A stretch of DNA of 64,000 nt from Azolla caroliniana (lineage: Eukaryota > Plantae > Polypodiophyta). The notes below the pieces were generated by a model. That model did no database searches. It worked only from the letters and a program-made list of their open reading frames with translations, and was not told the origin of the DNA. The translations under genes were made by a program, and so were the position numbers. Location of the stretch: positions 13,888,001-13,952,000 of the forward strand of contig JBHGNT010000011.1 of NCBI GenBank assembly GCA_043228905.1, written 5' to 3'. Below, piece after piece: positions 52,955 through 64,000 of the stretch (its first letter is position 1; the number at the start of each line of letters is the position of its first letter).

Positions 52955-55900
52955 CAAAGATGAGAGAGATACATGTGTAAAAAGTTTAGAGTGAGAGATA
53001 TCTATACACTAAAAACTAATTCATATTAAGCAACTTATAAGGTAATACAAAGAAATGGTCGATGTGGCAAACTAGTTTTGCTCCTAAGGAGCTCATCAGT
53101 GCACATGACCAATTAGAATTTGAGAGGTTTATATAGGGAAGAGAAGGGATAAGAGAGAGAGAGAGAGAGAGAGGTTTCAAATTATATGGTGTGGGAGTTT
53201 AGGGGCAGTGATGGATTTGATGGATCAACCTCATGTCTCTTGACTTGTATCAAAAAGGTTGCTGGCCCATTAATACTAGGCATGGGTGGAAGATTCGAGC
53301 GGCAACAAGGGTGATGGAAGAGCTTCATGGGGCCTGCCCTAACGTTAAGGTACCTATTGGCGACGTCGAGCATGATCAACACTTCTTTGTGCAAGAGTCA
53401 GCGTCACATCCTGTCATCCTTGCCGAGCCTTACATTGCAGCATCCCGGATGGAGACAAAAGCACTTGATAATGGTTCGGCATATGCGCGGATACGAAATC
53501 AAGATGGGAGAAGTCCAGTTGAATTCCTCATTGTGTGACCAAACCATGAAAGGAATAGGCATAGCTTAGGGAAAGACTCTAGGGCGGATTTTTAATTCAG
53601 GCTATTAGGGAGAGGGACAACAATAGTCTGGGACATCTAACTATGTCCCCAATTCAATGTAATAAAAGTTGTTGCCCCATTAATCAAAAGGAAGTCTTGT
53701 TTTCTGAAAATGGAATGCGTAAATTTAGAAGCATTAACGAAGGAGATATTAAAATAGAAATACTAGAGGAATAACTTTGATAAATCGGGATTATGAACAA
53801 GGAAGAAGCAATAAATGGGTACATGGACATAATATTATTTGATGATACTCTTGGGGAAATGGAGAAAGTCGTCGAATCAAGATTGCAAGTCAACATAGTG
53901 ATTCCGATCAACTATGTCACTTTATACACCGCCATCGGTGAATACGAGCAAGGTGTTGTGGCAGATGAAGTCAAAGTTAATACCAAATACAAGATTGTGG
54001 ATAAGAAGGTCAAACATGTGGCTGCTCTCTTGCCGAAAGATAGTTGGCAGCGAATAATGGAGGTAGCATGAGGTCCATGCCGTAGAGTCCCGAAAGGAGT
54101 AGGGCATGTCTTCACCGACGAAAACTCGAAGGAAGCTCAAAGTTGGTGGGGGTGAGTTTTTGCTACCCAAAGAAGAGTCCAAGTTCCGGGAAATGTTGGG
54201 GTGGCACGAGAATGCGTTTTTCCTTTTCCCCACAAGAGATCAGATGTGTTGACCCAACGCTTGTGGAACCAATGGTTATCTTCACAATACCCCATGTACC
54301 GTGGAACTTGAAGCCGATTCCCACTCGGAGAGCGCACATTCCAAAATTATTGGAGCTATTAAAGGAAAAGATTAGAATGGGAATCCTCGAGCCATCTAAT
54401 GTGCCTTATTCAAATAGGTGGTTCACGATGGCGAAGAAGAATGGAGCATTTCGATTTATCCAAGATCTGCAGCCGATAAACAAGGTCACCATTCATAATG
54501 TTGGGATTGGACCTAGTGTTGATGAGTTTGATGAAGCTTTTGTGGGAAAGTCGATTTACTCAATTGGAGACTTGTATTCTGGATACGACCAATTTCAATT
54601 GTCTTTGGATAGTCGAGACATCACAACGATGCGGACTCCCATTGGGCTAGTAAGGATGTGTACATTACCATAAGGGGCAACTAACTCGGTGGCCCATATG
54701 ATGAATACCATGAACAAAGCACTAAGGGTCTGCATCCAAGATATTATGATGCCTTTCCTCAATGATATCCCTATAAAAGGGTGCCCTGAATCAGAGAAGG
54801 ACGAGTCTTTAGATCAAGATGGATGTCGAAGATTTGTTTCAAACCATATTGAAGACCGTGAAAGAGTGCTAAAAAGACTAGAAGGTGTAGGGCCCACATT
54901 CTCCGGAGAAAAATCGGCATTCGGCCAACACGAGATCCTATTAGTGGGACATCTTTGTGGACCATACGGACGAAAACCCTCTCCTGAGAAGGTGAATGTT
55001 ATTCAAGATATGCGAGAGGAATGTGGAACATAGACAGAGGTCCGAAGGAGCATGTGCGTTCTACCACATTTGGGTTCCGCACTATGCTCATGTTGTTGAA
55101 ACCTTGTATAACTTACTGAAAAATGGGAGAAAATTCAAATGAGAACCGGTACTCACAGAGGTGATGAAGAGGTTAAAAGGGTTGTTGGTGGCTGCACCAG
55201 CTTTAAGGAAATTCTTCTACAAAGAAGGGATGCCCATCTACGTAATGGTAAATACGAGCCGAATGGTAATTGGATGGGTCATCAACCAAGAAGGAGAAGA
55301 TAGTGCACAGTACGCCATCCGGTTTGGAGCAAAGGTCCTTAGTGAATGACAACGAGGATACGCCCAAGTCAAGCGAGAACTCTAGGGTATCGTGTCCACG
55401 GTTAAGGTAGACAATGACTACCTGATCAGGTCAGAAGTGGTAATTGAAACGGATTGCCTCCCAATCCTTGGGATGATCTCCAGATGTGCGACACCAGATT
55501 TGGCTATGCTAAGGTGGATCGCTTATATCAAGTCTTTGAACCCAGAGATCCGCCACATTGTAGGGAAGAACAACGCCATGGCCGACATGCTGTCAACAGC
55601 AAGATTCGAGGATGAGAGTGACATGGTTTCGGATGATGAAGACACCACCCTCGACTTCTTCAAGATAGCCCGATTGTCGGCGGAAGAGAGAGGCACACCA
55701 ACCCTCCACGCCTTCAACAAGAACGAGTATGAATGGGAGTGGTTACTAATCGACAGGTTGTAGAGAATAATGACGGTGGATGCTTCGTGGACAAAGGAGG
55801 AGGCTTTACAAATCCAGAAGAAAGCATACTAGTACTTTTTGAAGGGAGGATTCCTCTGGCGGCACCCAAAGAGAAGGACAGGGATGCCATGAAGAGTAGT

Positions 55901-58109
55901 GGTGAAGAGAGAGGACCAAACAATGTTGATGTCTGAATTCCACGAAAGTCCTTGGGCAGGTCCTAGAGGAATGTGGACGACATTCGGAAAGTGGAAGGAG
56001 AAGTACTAGTGGCCGAGCATGTATAGATGTACTACATTTCGTGTTCACATGCAAAAGCTGCCAAATACATTTGAACATACGTCACCGTGATGAGTGGATG
56101 ATATACCCACTTACCATACACTTAAAATTGATGGTGAATCTCGCCTCGATGCCAATAGGAGTGGGACAGATGAAGTACTTGGTACTAGCAAGGGAAGACC
56201 TGACATAGGTAGAAGGACGGGCCTTAGAAAATAAGACGATAGTCACAACTATTTGCAAATTTCTACTCAAAGAGGTCGTCTACCGATACGGATGTGTGGG
56301 AAACATAGTGGCAGATTGAGGGGACTTAGATGCACACGAAGCAATGGAGCTCTTCGAATGACTAGGCGTGAAGCTCTCCCTCACGACTGTCTACAATCCG
56401 AAAGCAAATGGGAAGATCGATCTAGGGCATGGGCCGATAGTCAAAGCCATCATACGAGCATGTGACAGTCAAGTTGGGAACTGGCCGTGACTATTTCCCT
56501 ATGCATTGTGGGCCAATAGAACTACACACAGTTCTGTGACAGGCTATATGCCAACAGAGCTCATGTATGGACAGAAGCCAGTAATGCCCATCGAGAGGAT
56601 GATCTCCTCATGGATAGCAATACCATGGGAGAACAAGATGAGCTAGGAAGAATTATTGGCAGCGTGGATAAGGCAGCTCGAAAGAAGACCTGAAGATCTA
56701 GAAAATGCACGAAACATAATGGAGGCAACCAGAGTGAAGAACAAGATTCGGTTCAACAAGACGCATCAACTGCGTCCCAAGAAGATCGAAGAAGGAGATT
56801 TGGTATTAGTCTACAACAACAGCCTTGACTCCAACAAAGGACGACAAGAAAATTCACAAGAAGGTGGTTCAGACTATATGTGGTGATGAGTGCCAACGAC
56901 AACGCCACCTACCACCTCGCGGAGCTAGATGGATCAAGGTTGGTCATACCCATTGCAAGGAAAAGAGTAAAGATCTTTAAGAAAAGACAAGATGAGGGTC
57001 TTGACCTCGATGACCTCAATAATGAAGATGGTAGGGCGGAAGCCACAAACATGAACGAGGTCAACGAGGACGTGGAGGAATATGATTCATCACTGTAGTC
57101 GAAATCTCACACTCTCTCTTGGCATGTACCAGAGGACGTGCGGTTTGGTGGGGGTGGATGTCGTGAAAATTTTCAGCAACAGTGTGAAAATCGTGTGGAA
57201 CAGACAAAATCGAGAAGGTGCAATGTCCACCTTACATGCGTACGTTAGGATGTTGTAAATATGAATAGGCCTAGTGGCATTTTGTCCATACAGAGGTGTG
57301 CAAATAAGGTTGTGAACCTTGCACCTCCATGGTAAGAGACAATTGACTTACCACTAACCTAAGTTGTTTCTTTAAAACGATATTTTCATCATTGTATTTT
57401 TCACATGCAAATTCTTATACGTGAGAGCTTGAATGAGTGACATGGTTATCATGCATCACATGTAATGCATGAGTTTCAAATGGAAATCATGCATGTCATG
57501 CATTCCATGCACTGTATGCATGTCTTGTACCCTCACAAGCATCATATGCATGGGGGCATCTATAAAAGAAAGGAAGAAAAAGAGAAGAGGGTAATCAAAA
57601 TATTAATAATAGAAAACATGGTTATTTTATTGGTGATGTGTTTTGTTTCTCAAAATTGAAGTCAAGGGTTCAAATCGGAATTTGAATTTCCATCTGTCTA
57701 TCTTAAATACTTTCTCAATTTCTGTATCTCTCTCTCAACCACATTAGTGGGTTACTCTTGCTACTACAATTTCATTTCTTGTGCTCATTCACGTGTTCTT
57801 CTTTCCCTCTTGGTAGCTTGTGCGAAGTTATTCCATCAGCAATTCTCCTCAAGAAGGAACCAACACCTACAAAGATTGTTTCACCATCGTCGTCGCTCGC
57901 TAAAACATTACGCACCACCAAATCACCGCCGCCTACACGTCAATCCACCGCACCGCTAAGTTTGGGTCGGGTTGGCCAACCCACACAAGCGTGTTCGATA
58001 GCAAAGAACGACCCGACGATAAACCTAAATAGCTGATTCCTTACAAGCACAAGTCGTTCTCCCTGGTCAAAGCCCCCGGTGGTCCTCTTCGACTGACCTG
58101 CATGCGCAG

Positions 58110-61100
58110 TGTCGCGTTGTTACGTGCATGCATGGAGAACAAGGCGGGACCATTAGGGTCTTGGACCGAGGAATAGGTGAGAACTGGGGGGAGAGAGGGA
58201 GACACGCTCACACATGTATAGACAAAGAAGCGCACGGGAACGCGGGCAACAACACAGGAGACACGGGTTGAGCAGGAGATAGAGTATAAGAACACTAGTG
58301 TGTGTATATAAATATACATATGTATTTGTATGTATGCAGACGACTCGAACGGTTACAGCCGATTAGGTCGGCGAGATGGATGCTGACGCCTGATCACCCA
58401 CGCACACAGGTGAGCAAGATGGAGATTCTGCCGGAAGCACACGGGTGTTCCACGGAGCAGAATCAGCCTCTCGAGAACCTGCGCAAAAGAAAGCTATGGA
58501 GAACGACAGAGAAGAAGAGCTTGGTCCCAGTTCGACAACACTTCGTCCCCCTTCCCTAGCGCGCGATCCCCTCTCTCCCCGTCTCCCTCTCCTTTTATAG
58601 CTCAAGGAGGGAGGCCGTTTCACCCGTTTACATCACATTAATTCTCTGTCCTTTCGGACAGAGATACTCCTCGATTCTCCCTATAGAATATTGCTACCTA
58701 GGATTCGACTTTTGTGCCTACCTATCTACTATACAACAAGGGGCGTGCCCACGTGTAAGGGCCGGTTCACACACGCTATACACGGTTTCCGCCTGGGGAC
58801 GGTTTTCTTCACGACATCCGCCCCCACCTGACCGCGCATCCACCGGTATGCGCCAAAATTGGGTTCCTACTGCAGAAAACCGGTCCTTGCTTTTATTCCT
58901 CGTTTACCGGTTCGTCTTCCGCCTCAGGCTGCTCGTCGTTGCCGTCCATGTCCCCTAGCTCCGGCTCACCGTCGTGTTGTTTCTTGAACACTTTGATCCT
59001 CTTCCCCGCTACCGGTATCGCCATTCTCGTACCGTCGAGCTCCGCGAGATGGTACGTCCCATTGTCGTTGGCGCCTGTTACTACGTAAGGCCCGAACCAC
59101 CTCCTCGCAAACTTCCACGTGGCCCTGTGCTGATTGTCGAGGCTGCTGTCGTAGACTAGCACCCAGTCACCTTCCTCGATCTTCCTTGGCCAGAGCCGGT
59201 GTGTTCGGTCGAACCGGGCTTTTTTCCTTATCCTCGCTACTCGAAGTTTCTCCGCGGCTCGCTCTACGTCCTCCGGCCTCCGCTCGAGCTGTCGAATCCG
59301 CGCCGCCAACAGTTCCTCCCGGCTCATCTCATCCCTCTAGTCCACCGTGGCCCACAAGGAGATCGTTCGCTCTGTTGGCATGATCGGCTTTTGTCCGAGC
59401 ATAAGCTATGCCGGCATGAACTCGGTTACCGAACTGTGCGTAGTCCGGTCCGCCCACAAGGCATAAGGTAGCAGCCGTGGCCAGTTCCCGACTTGGCCTC
59501 CGCTCGCCCGTACTAGCGCTTTGACAATCGGCCCGTGTCCGTGCTCTACCTTCCCGTTCGCCTCCGGATTGTACGCTATGGTGAGCGAAAGTTTGACTCC
59601 TAGCCGGTCGAATAGCTCTTCGGCCTCTTCTGCGTCCAACTCACCACTGTCAGCCACGATCTTCCCTACGCACCCGTATCGACATACCACGTCCTCAATC
59701 AAAAACCGGCACACGGCTATAGTCGTCTTGTTCTGCAGGGCTCGGCCTTCAACCTGGTTCGTTAGATCCTCCCGAGCCAGCACCAGATACCGCATCTGTC
59801 CTACCCCCATTGGCATCATCACCAAATCCACCATCCACTTGAAGTGGACGGTCGGAGGGTAGGTCGGGTGAAGCTCGTCCCGGTGTCGGATCATGGACTG
59901 CACCTGACAGCTTTCGCAAGTCGTCACGAACCGATCCACGTCCCGGTACAATCCCGGCCACCAGTACTTCCCCTTTAGCTTTTCGAACATGGCCCACATT
60001 CCACGGTGTCCAGCCCAAGGACTATCGTGGTACGCCGCCAGCAAATCCACCACTCGGAGCGAGATGCGATTCATCTTCTTCGGGTGCTTCCATATGTACC
60101 CGTCCCGGAGAAAGAATCGGTACGCTTTCTGCCGAATCCGGTTGGCCTCATCCTTTGTCCATGCCGCGTCCGGTGCCATTGTTTTCAGGAACTCGTCGAT
60201 CTGCAGCCACTCCCTGTTGTACTTGCTCTCGTCGAAATCGTTAAGCGTTGGAGTGCATTCCTTGCCGGTTGTTACGTAAGCCGCCTCAAAGAAGTCCACG
60301 CCGACTTCCTCGTCCTCCGAAACCATGCCGCCCTCGTTTTCGAACCTCGCCCTCGAAAGCAAGTCGGCCATGGCATTGTCTTTCCCGGAAATGTGTTGTA
60401 TTTCCGAATTCAGGGACTTGATGTACGATATCCACCTGAGCATTGCCAGGTTCGGCATCGCGCATCCGAAAACCATGCCAAGAATTGGCAAGCAGTCCGT
60501 CTCGATAATTACCTCTGTCCCTATCAGGTAGTCTTTATCGGCCTTTACCGCCGAAACGATACCCTAGAGCTCGCGTTTAACTTGGGCGTATCCTCGTTGT
60601 CGCTCGCTGAGGATCTTCGCGCCGAACCGGATCGGGAAACGCATGTTGTCCTCGTCCTCTTGGTTGACGACCCATCCGATCCTGGTCGGACTTGTGTCTA
60701 CTGTTACGTAAATTGGAGTGTCCTTTCCGTAGACAGCCTTTCGGAGCGTCGGAGCTACGGCAAGTGCTTCCTTCATCTTTCAGACAGACTCCGTATGCTC
60801 GTCTCTCCACTCGAATCTTCGCCCCTTTTTCAGCAACCCGTATAACGGCTCCGCGACGTGGGCGTAATGCGGGATCCAGATTTGGTAGAATGCGCATGCT
60901 CCCAAGAACCTCCGAACCTCCGTGACCGAGCTACAGTCGTGCTTCATCGCGGAGATGGCTTCTACCTTAGCCGGAGACGGTTTCCGGCCATAGGACCCAC
61001 ATAGGTGTCCGACGACCATGATCTCTGATTGCCCGAAGGCCGATTTTTCCCCGGAGAAGGTGAGCCTCGCGCCCTCTAACCTCTGCAGCACCTTTTCGCA

Positions 61101-62121
61101 GTCATCGATGTGCGTCGCCACGAATTTCCGGCACCCATCCGGTCCGATCGTCTCGTCCTTTTCCTCTACCGGGCATCCCTTGATTGGGACGTCGTCCAAA
61201 AACGGCATGGTGATGTCCGGGATACAATCCCTCAGCACCTTGTTCATTGCGTTCACCATGTGAGCCACCGAGTTCGTCCCTCCTTGCGGTAGGGTACACA
61301 TCCGTACTAGGCCGAGAGGAGTTCGCATTGTCGTAATGTCTCTGCTCTCTATGGCTAGCTGGAACTGATCGTACCCCGAGTAGAGATCACCGACCGAGTA
61401 AATCGACCTTCCGGCGAAGGCCTCCGCGAACTCGTCTATTGTCGGTCTGATTCCTGCGTTTCGAATGGTCACCTTGTTGACCGGCTGCAGGTCTTGAATA
61501 AAGCGCAGCGTGCCGTCCTTCTTCGGCACGGTAAACCACCGATTCGAGTATGGGCACTCGACGGTTCGAGGATGCCCATCTCGACCTTCTGCTTTAACAG
61601 CTCCATCAGCTTCGGGATGTGAGCTCTGGGTACTGGAATCGGTTTGAGACTCCACGGCACATGCGGTACCGTGAATATCACCATCGGTTCCACGACTGTC
61701 GGGTCTACGCACCCGATCTCCTCTGGTGAGAATGCGAAAGCCTTCCCGTGCCTTCCGAGCATTCCCCGAAAACGGTCCTCTTCCGCCAGCAGTAGGAAGC
61801 CGCCCCCACTGATTTTGAGCTCACGTAGCGTTATGTTGGTGAACGTGTGTCCTATGCGGGCCGGATTTCGTAAACTTGGGTCCGACGCAACCCCCTTTAT
61901 TTGCAACTCGCTACCCTCCGGCAAGGGAGCCGCGACTGGCCTCACCTTCCGGTCCACAGTCTTGTACCTTGTGTCCACCCGGGCCGTCCGATCTGACTCG
62001 AGCCCTCCACTGAAGTCCGCGATGACTTCGTACATCCTTTCCGAACATACCAGAATCGTCCGGTCCTCTTTAAGGACTCCTTCGACTACCTCTCGCAGCT
62101 CCCCCAAGGTATCGTCGAAAG
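58110..62121 (-). mobile_element. Ty3/Gypsy element C (same lineage as B/D): RT-RH-INT, PPT, 3' LTR 58110-58816; inserted in B's 3' LTR and interrupted by Copia
   Basis: RT RFIQDLQPVNK, CTLPQGGTNSV, PFLDDVPIKG; RNase H VTVDTS, GYAQVKREL; integrase H..PWAGH, CESCQ, WFGPYVV; PPT GGTGGGGGCGGA; LTR TGTCGTGAAG...CGCGACA. Few disablements, CpG-rich. Confidence 0.93.
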
Positions 62122-62388
62122 TGTCGTTAAAAACAGCGCTCGGCCACAACCGAGGAATAGGATTACCTCACAGAAAACAGGAAATACAAAATGCACGAAG
62201 ACAATAGAGAGGAGGGTACACAGGATGTTTACGTGGAAAAACCCTAAATGGGAAAAACCACGGGAGTCCTCAGACTCCAACTATCACTATGAACAGAGAT
62301 GTACAATGGTGAAGCTGCAAGGCATCAACCTTGAGTTCACTGTCTTCGCCACAGGCGGCGGTAATACACAGAGGCAACGACCTCTTCG

Positions 62389-62430
<42 letters not shown>

Positions 62431-64000
62431 GGCTGCTCTCACTTCGCATGAAAATGAGCAACAACGACAAACTGTTTGCCCTAAGTCATATTTATACACA
62501 TATGACTTTCGGGCTATTTACAAATATAGCCTCAAGGGCTCTTGGCAAACATATTCACAAATATGTCCCCGCATCCGGATCTTTCTCCGGGTACATTCAT
62601 CATCCGGCTCCGTAACCGGGGTCTTCAGCATCCGGCTCCGTAGTCGGGGTCTCTTCATCCGGCTTCATGCCGGGTACTCTTCATCATCCGGTTCCGTAAC
62701 CGCAACCGGGCTTGCCGTCATTCATCTCCGGACATCCCATCCGGAGGGACCGAAATCCCAACAAACTCCCCCTTCACTTCGGCATGGGATGTCTCTCCAA
62801 TCCAATCCTCTTCCGGCATGCTTCCAGCTTGTCGGGTGTGAGCACCTTGGTCAGCATATCCGACCCGTTGTCGTCCGTGTGGATCTTCGTCAGCACGAAC
62901 TCCTTGTCTTCTATCCTTTCCCGGATCCAGTGGTATCTACGCTGGATGTGTTTCGTCCGGGAATGGTAGGCCGCGTTCTTTGCAAGGTGGATGGCACTCT
63001 GACTATCGCAGTAGAGTCGATACTCCTCCTGCCGGATACCGAGCTCTCTAATGAAGTCCTTCATCCATATTATTTCCTTGCCGGCTTCAACAGCCGCCAT
63101 GTACTCCGCCTCCGTGGTTGACAACGCAACCGTCTTCTGCAGCCTCGACTGCCACGAAACAGCTCCCCTTGCATACGTCATCACATACCCTGATGTGGAC
63201 CGGCTGGTATCTGCATCAGCCGACATATCCGAATCGGTAAAGCCGTCGAGTTCGGGCTTACCGGAGCCGAATCGGAGGCACACGTTTGCCGTGCCCTTCA
63301 GGTATCGAAGTATCCACTTGACCGCGTTCCAGTGTTCTTTGCCGGGATTGCTCATGTACCGGCTCACCACTCCGACTGCGTATCCTATGTCCGGTCTTGT
63401 ACACACCATTGCGTACATCAAGCTTCCGATGGCAGAGGCATATGGTACTTTCATCATGTCCTCTTTCTCAGCCTTTGTCTTGGGGCTTTGCTTGCTGGAC
63501 AACTTGCAGTTTGCCGGGAGAGTTGATCCGACCGGTCTTGCTTCCGACATGTTGAACCGGTGAAGCACCTTTGTCACGTACTTCTCCTGTGACAGCCACA
63601 ACTGCTTCTTCTTCCGGTTCCGGATGATGTGCATCCCTAGTATTTGCCTCGCCGGACCCAGGTCCTTCATTGAGAAAGTTCGGTGAAGTGCTTTCTTCAG
63701 AATCCGTATCTTGGCCTGGTCCCGTCCGACGATCAACATGTCGTCCACGTACAGGAGGAGTATTAGAGAGTCTCCTCCTTCGAACTTCTTCACGAACACG
63801 CAGTGATCGGACTGCGTTTTGTGGTACCCTTCGTCGGTCATGAAGGAGTCGAACTTCCGGTACCATTGCCGGGGAGCCTGCTTCAGTCCGTAAAGGCTCT
63901 TCTTCAACCGGCATACCAGGTGCTCCTTCCCTTTCTTCTCGAATCCTTCCGGTTGCTGCATGTAGATCTCTTCTTCGAGGTCACCGTGTAGGAATGCCGT
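62122..64000 (-). mobile_element. Young Ty1/Copia element, 3' part: RT-RNase H, PPT, 3' LTR (about 62122-62763)
   Basis: PPT GAAGGGGGAGTT then TGTTGGG; the LTR contains CATCCGGCTCCGTA tandem units. The element continues beyond the window. Confidence 0.95.
62774..64000 (-). CDS. Copia polyprotein C-terminus (RT + RNase H), open frame, 5'-partial
   Basis: AFLHGDLEEEIYMQQPEGF, LKKSLYGLKQAPRQW, LLLYVDDMLI, TRPDI, ALSTTEAEY, CDSQSAI, HSRTKHI; no stops. Confidence 0.93.
   Translation of the reverse strand, partial: TAFLHGDLEEEIYMQQPEGFEKKGKEHLVCRLKKSLYGLKQAPRQWYRKFDSFMTDEGYHKTQSDHCVFVKKFEGGDSLILLLYVDDMLIVGRDQAKIRILKKALHRTFSMKDLGPARQILGMHIIRNRKKKQLWLSQEKYVTKVLHRFNMSEARPVGSTLPANCKLSSKQSPKTKAEKEDMMKVPYASAIGSLMYAMVCTRPDIGYAVGVVSRYMSNPGKEHWNAVKWILRYLKGTANVCLRFGSGKPELDGFTDSDMSADADTSRSTSGYVMTYARGAVSWQSRLQKTVALSTTEAEYMAAVEAGKEIIWMKDFIRELGIRQEEYRLYCDSQSAIHLAKNAAYHSRTKHIQRRYHWIRERIEDKEFVLTKIHTDDNGSDMLTKVLTPDKLEACRKRIGLERHPMPK

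Larger units (their letters stand above)
47611..53222. mobile_element. Unidentified GA-rich insertion (47611-47728 + 52905-53222) splitting B's protease and hosting the chromovirus
   Basis: The protease motif LIDHG stops at about 47610 and resumes as INLMSLDLY at about 53225; the intervening non-chromovirus DNA is non-coding. Confidence 0.55.
42808..58109 (+). mobile_element. Ty3/Gypsy element B (degenerate, near full length): 5' LTR 42808-44601, gag-PR from 44642, RT-RH-INT to 57098, 3' LTR from 57159
   Basis: Paired LTRs starting TGTCGTGAA; PBS; gag knuckle CIWCDSLEHQRRDC; protease ALIDHG..INLM (split by an insertion); RT RFIQDLQP, DLYSGYDQF, PFLNDIPIKG; RNase H ETDCLPILGM; integrase; PPT GGTGGGGGTGGA. 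Many stops and frameshifts. Confidence 0.92.

Noticed and set aside
60006-63563. Long plus-strand ORFs (279, 187, 298, 170 aa)
   Set aside because: Antisense shadows of GC-rich Gypsy/Copia pol and LTR sequence.

Overview
Land-plant nuclear DNA, probably from a non-seed plant such as a fern (inferred from the retroelement lineages, not proven). The left half (1-34 kb) holds three intact spliced genes that I assembled by hand from GT-AG boundaries: a QUA2/PMT4-5-type pectin methyltransferase (+, 8 exons, 644 aa), a type-II prohibitin (+, 5 exons, 295 aa) and a filament-like plant protein (-, 5 exons, 975 aa). It also has LINE and Copia relics and many short local duplications. The right half (39.8-64 kb) is one nested retrotransposon stack: chromovirus LTR/leader > Gypsy D > Gypsy B (tRNA-Trp-primed, RT motif FL(D/N)D) > Gypsy C > young Copia. 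Element B also hosts a solo LTR, an L1 fragment and a rearranged chromovirus. Most notable: both LTRs of B were hit by related elements 8 bp apart at the U5 tip; the chromovirus has gag-PR and RT-INT head-to-head; there are tRNA-like A/B boxes inside LTRs; and the methyltransferase has a degenerate SAM-binding motif. Family assignments rest on motifs recalled from memory; no database searches were run.
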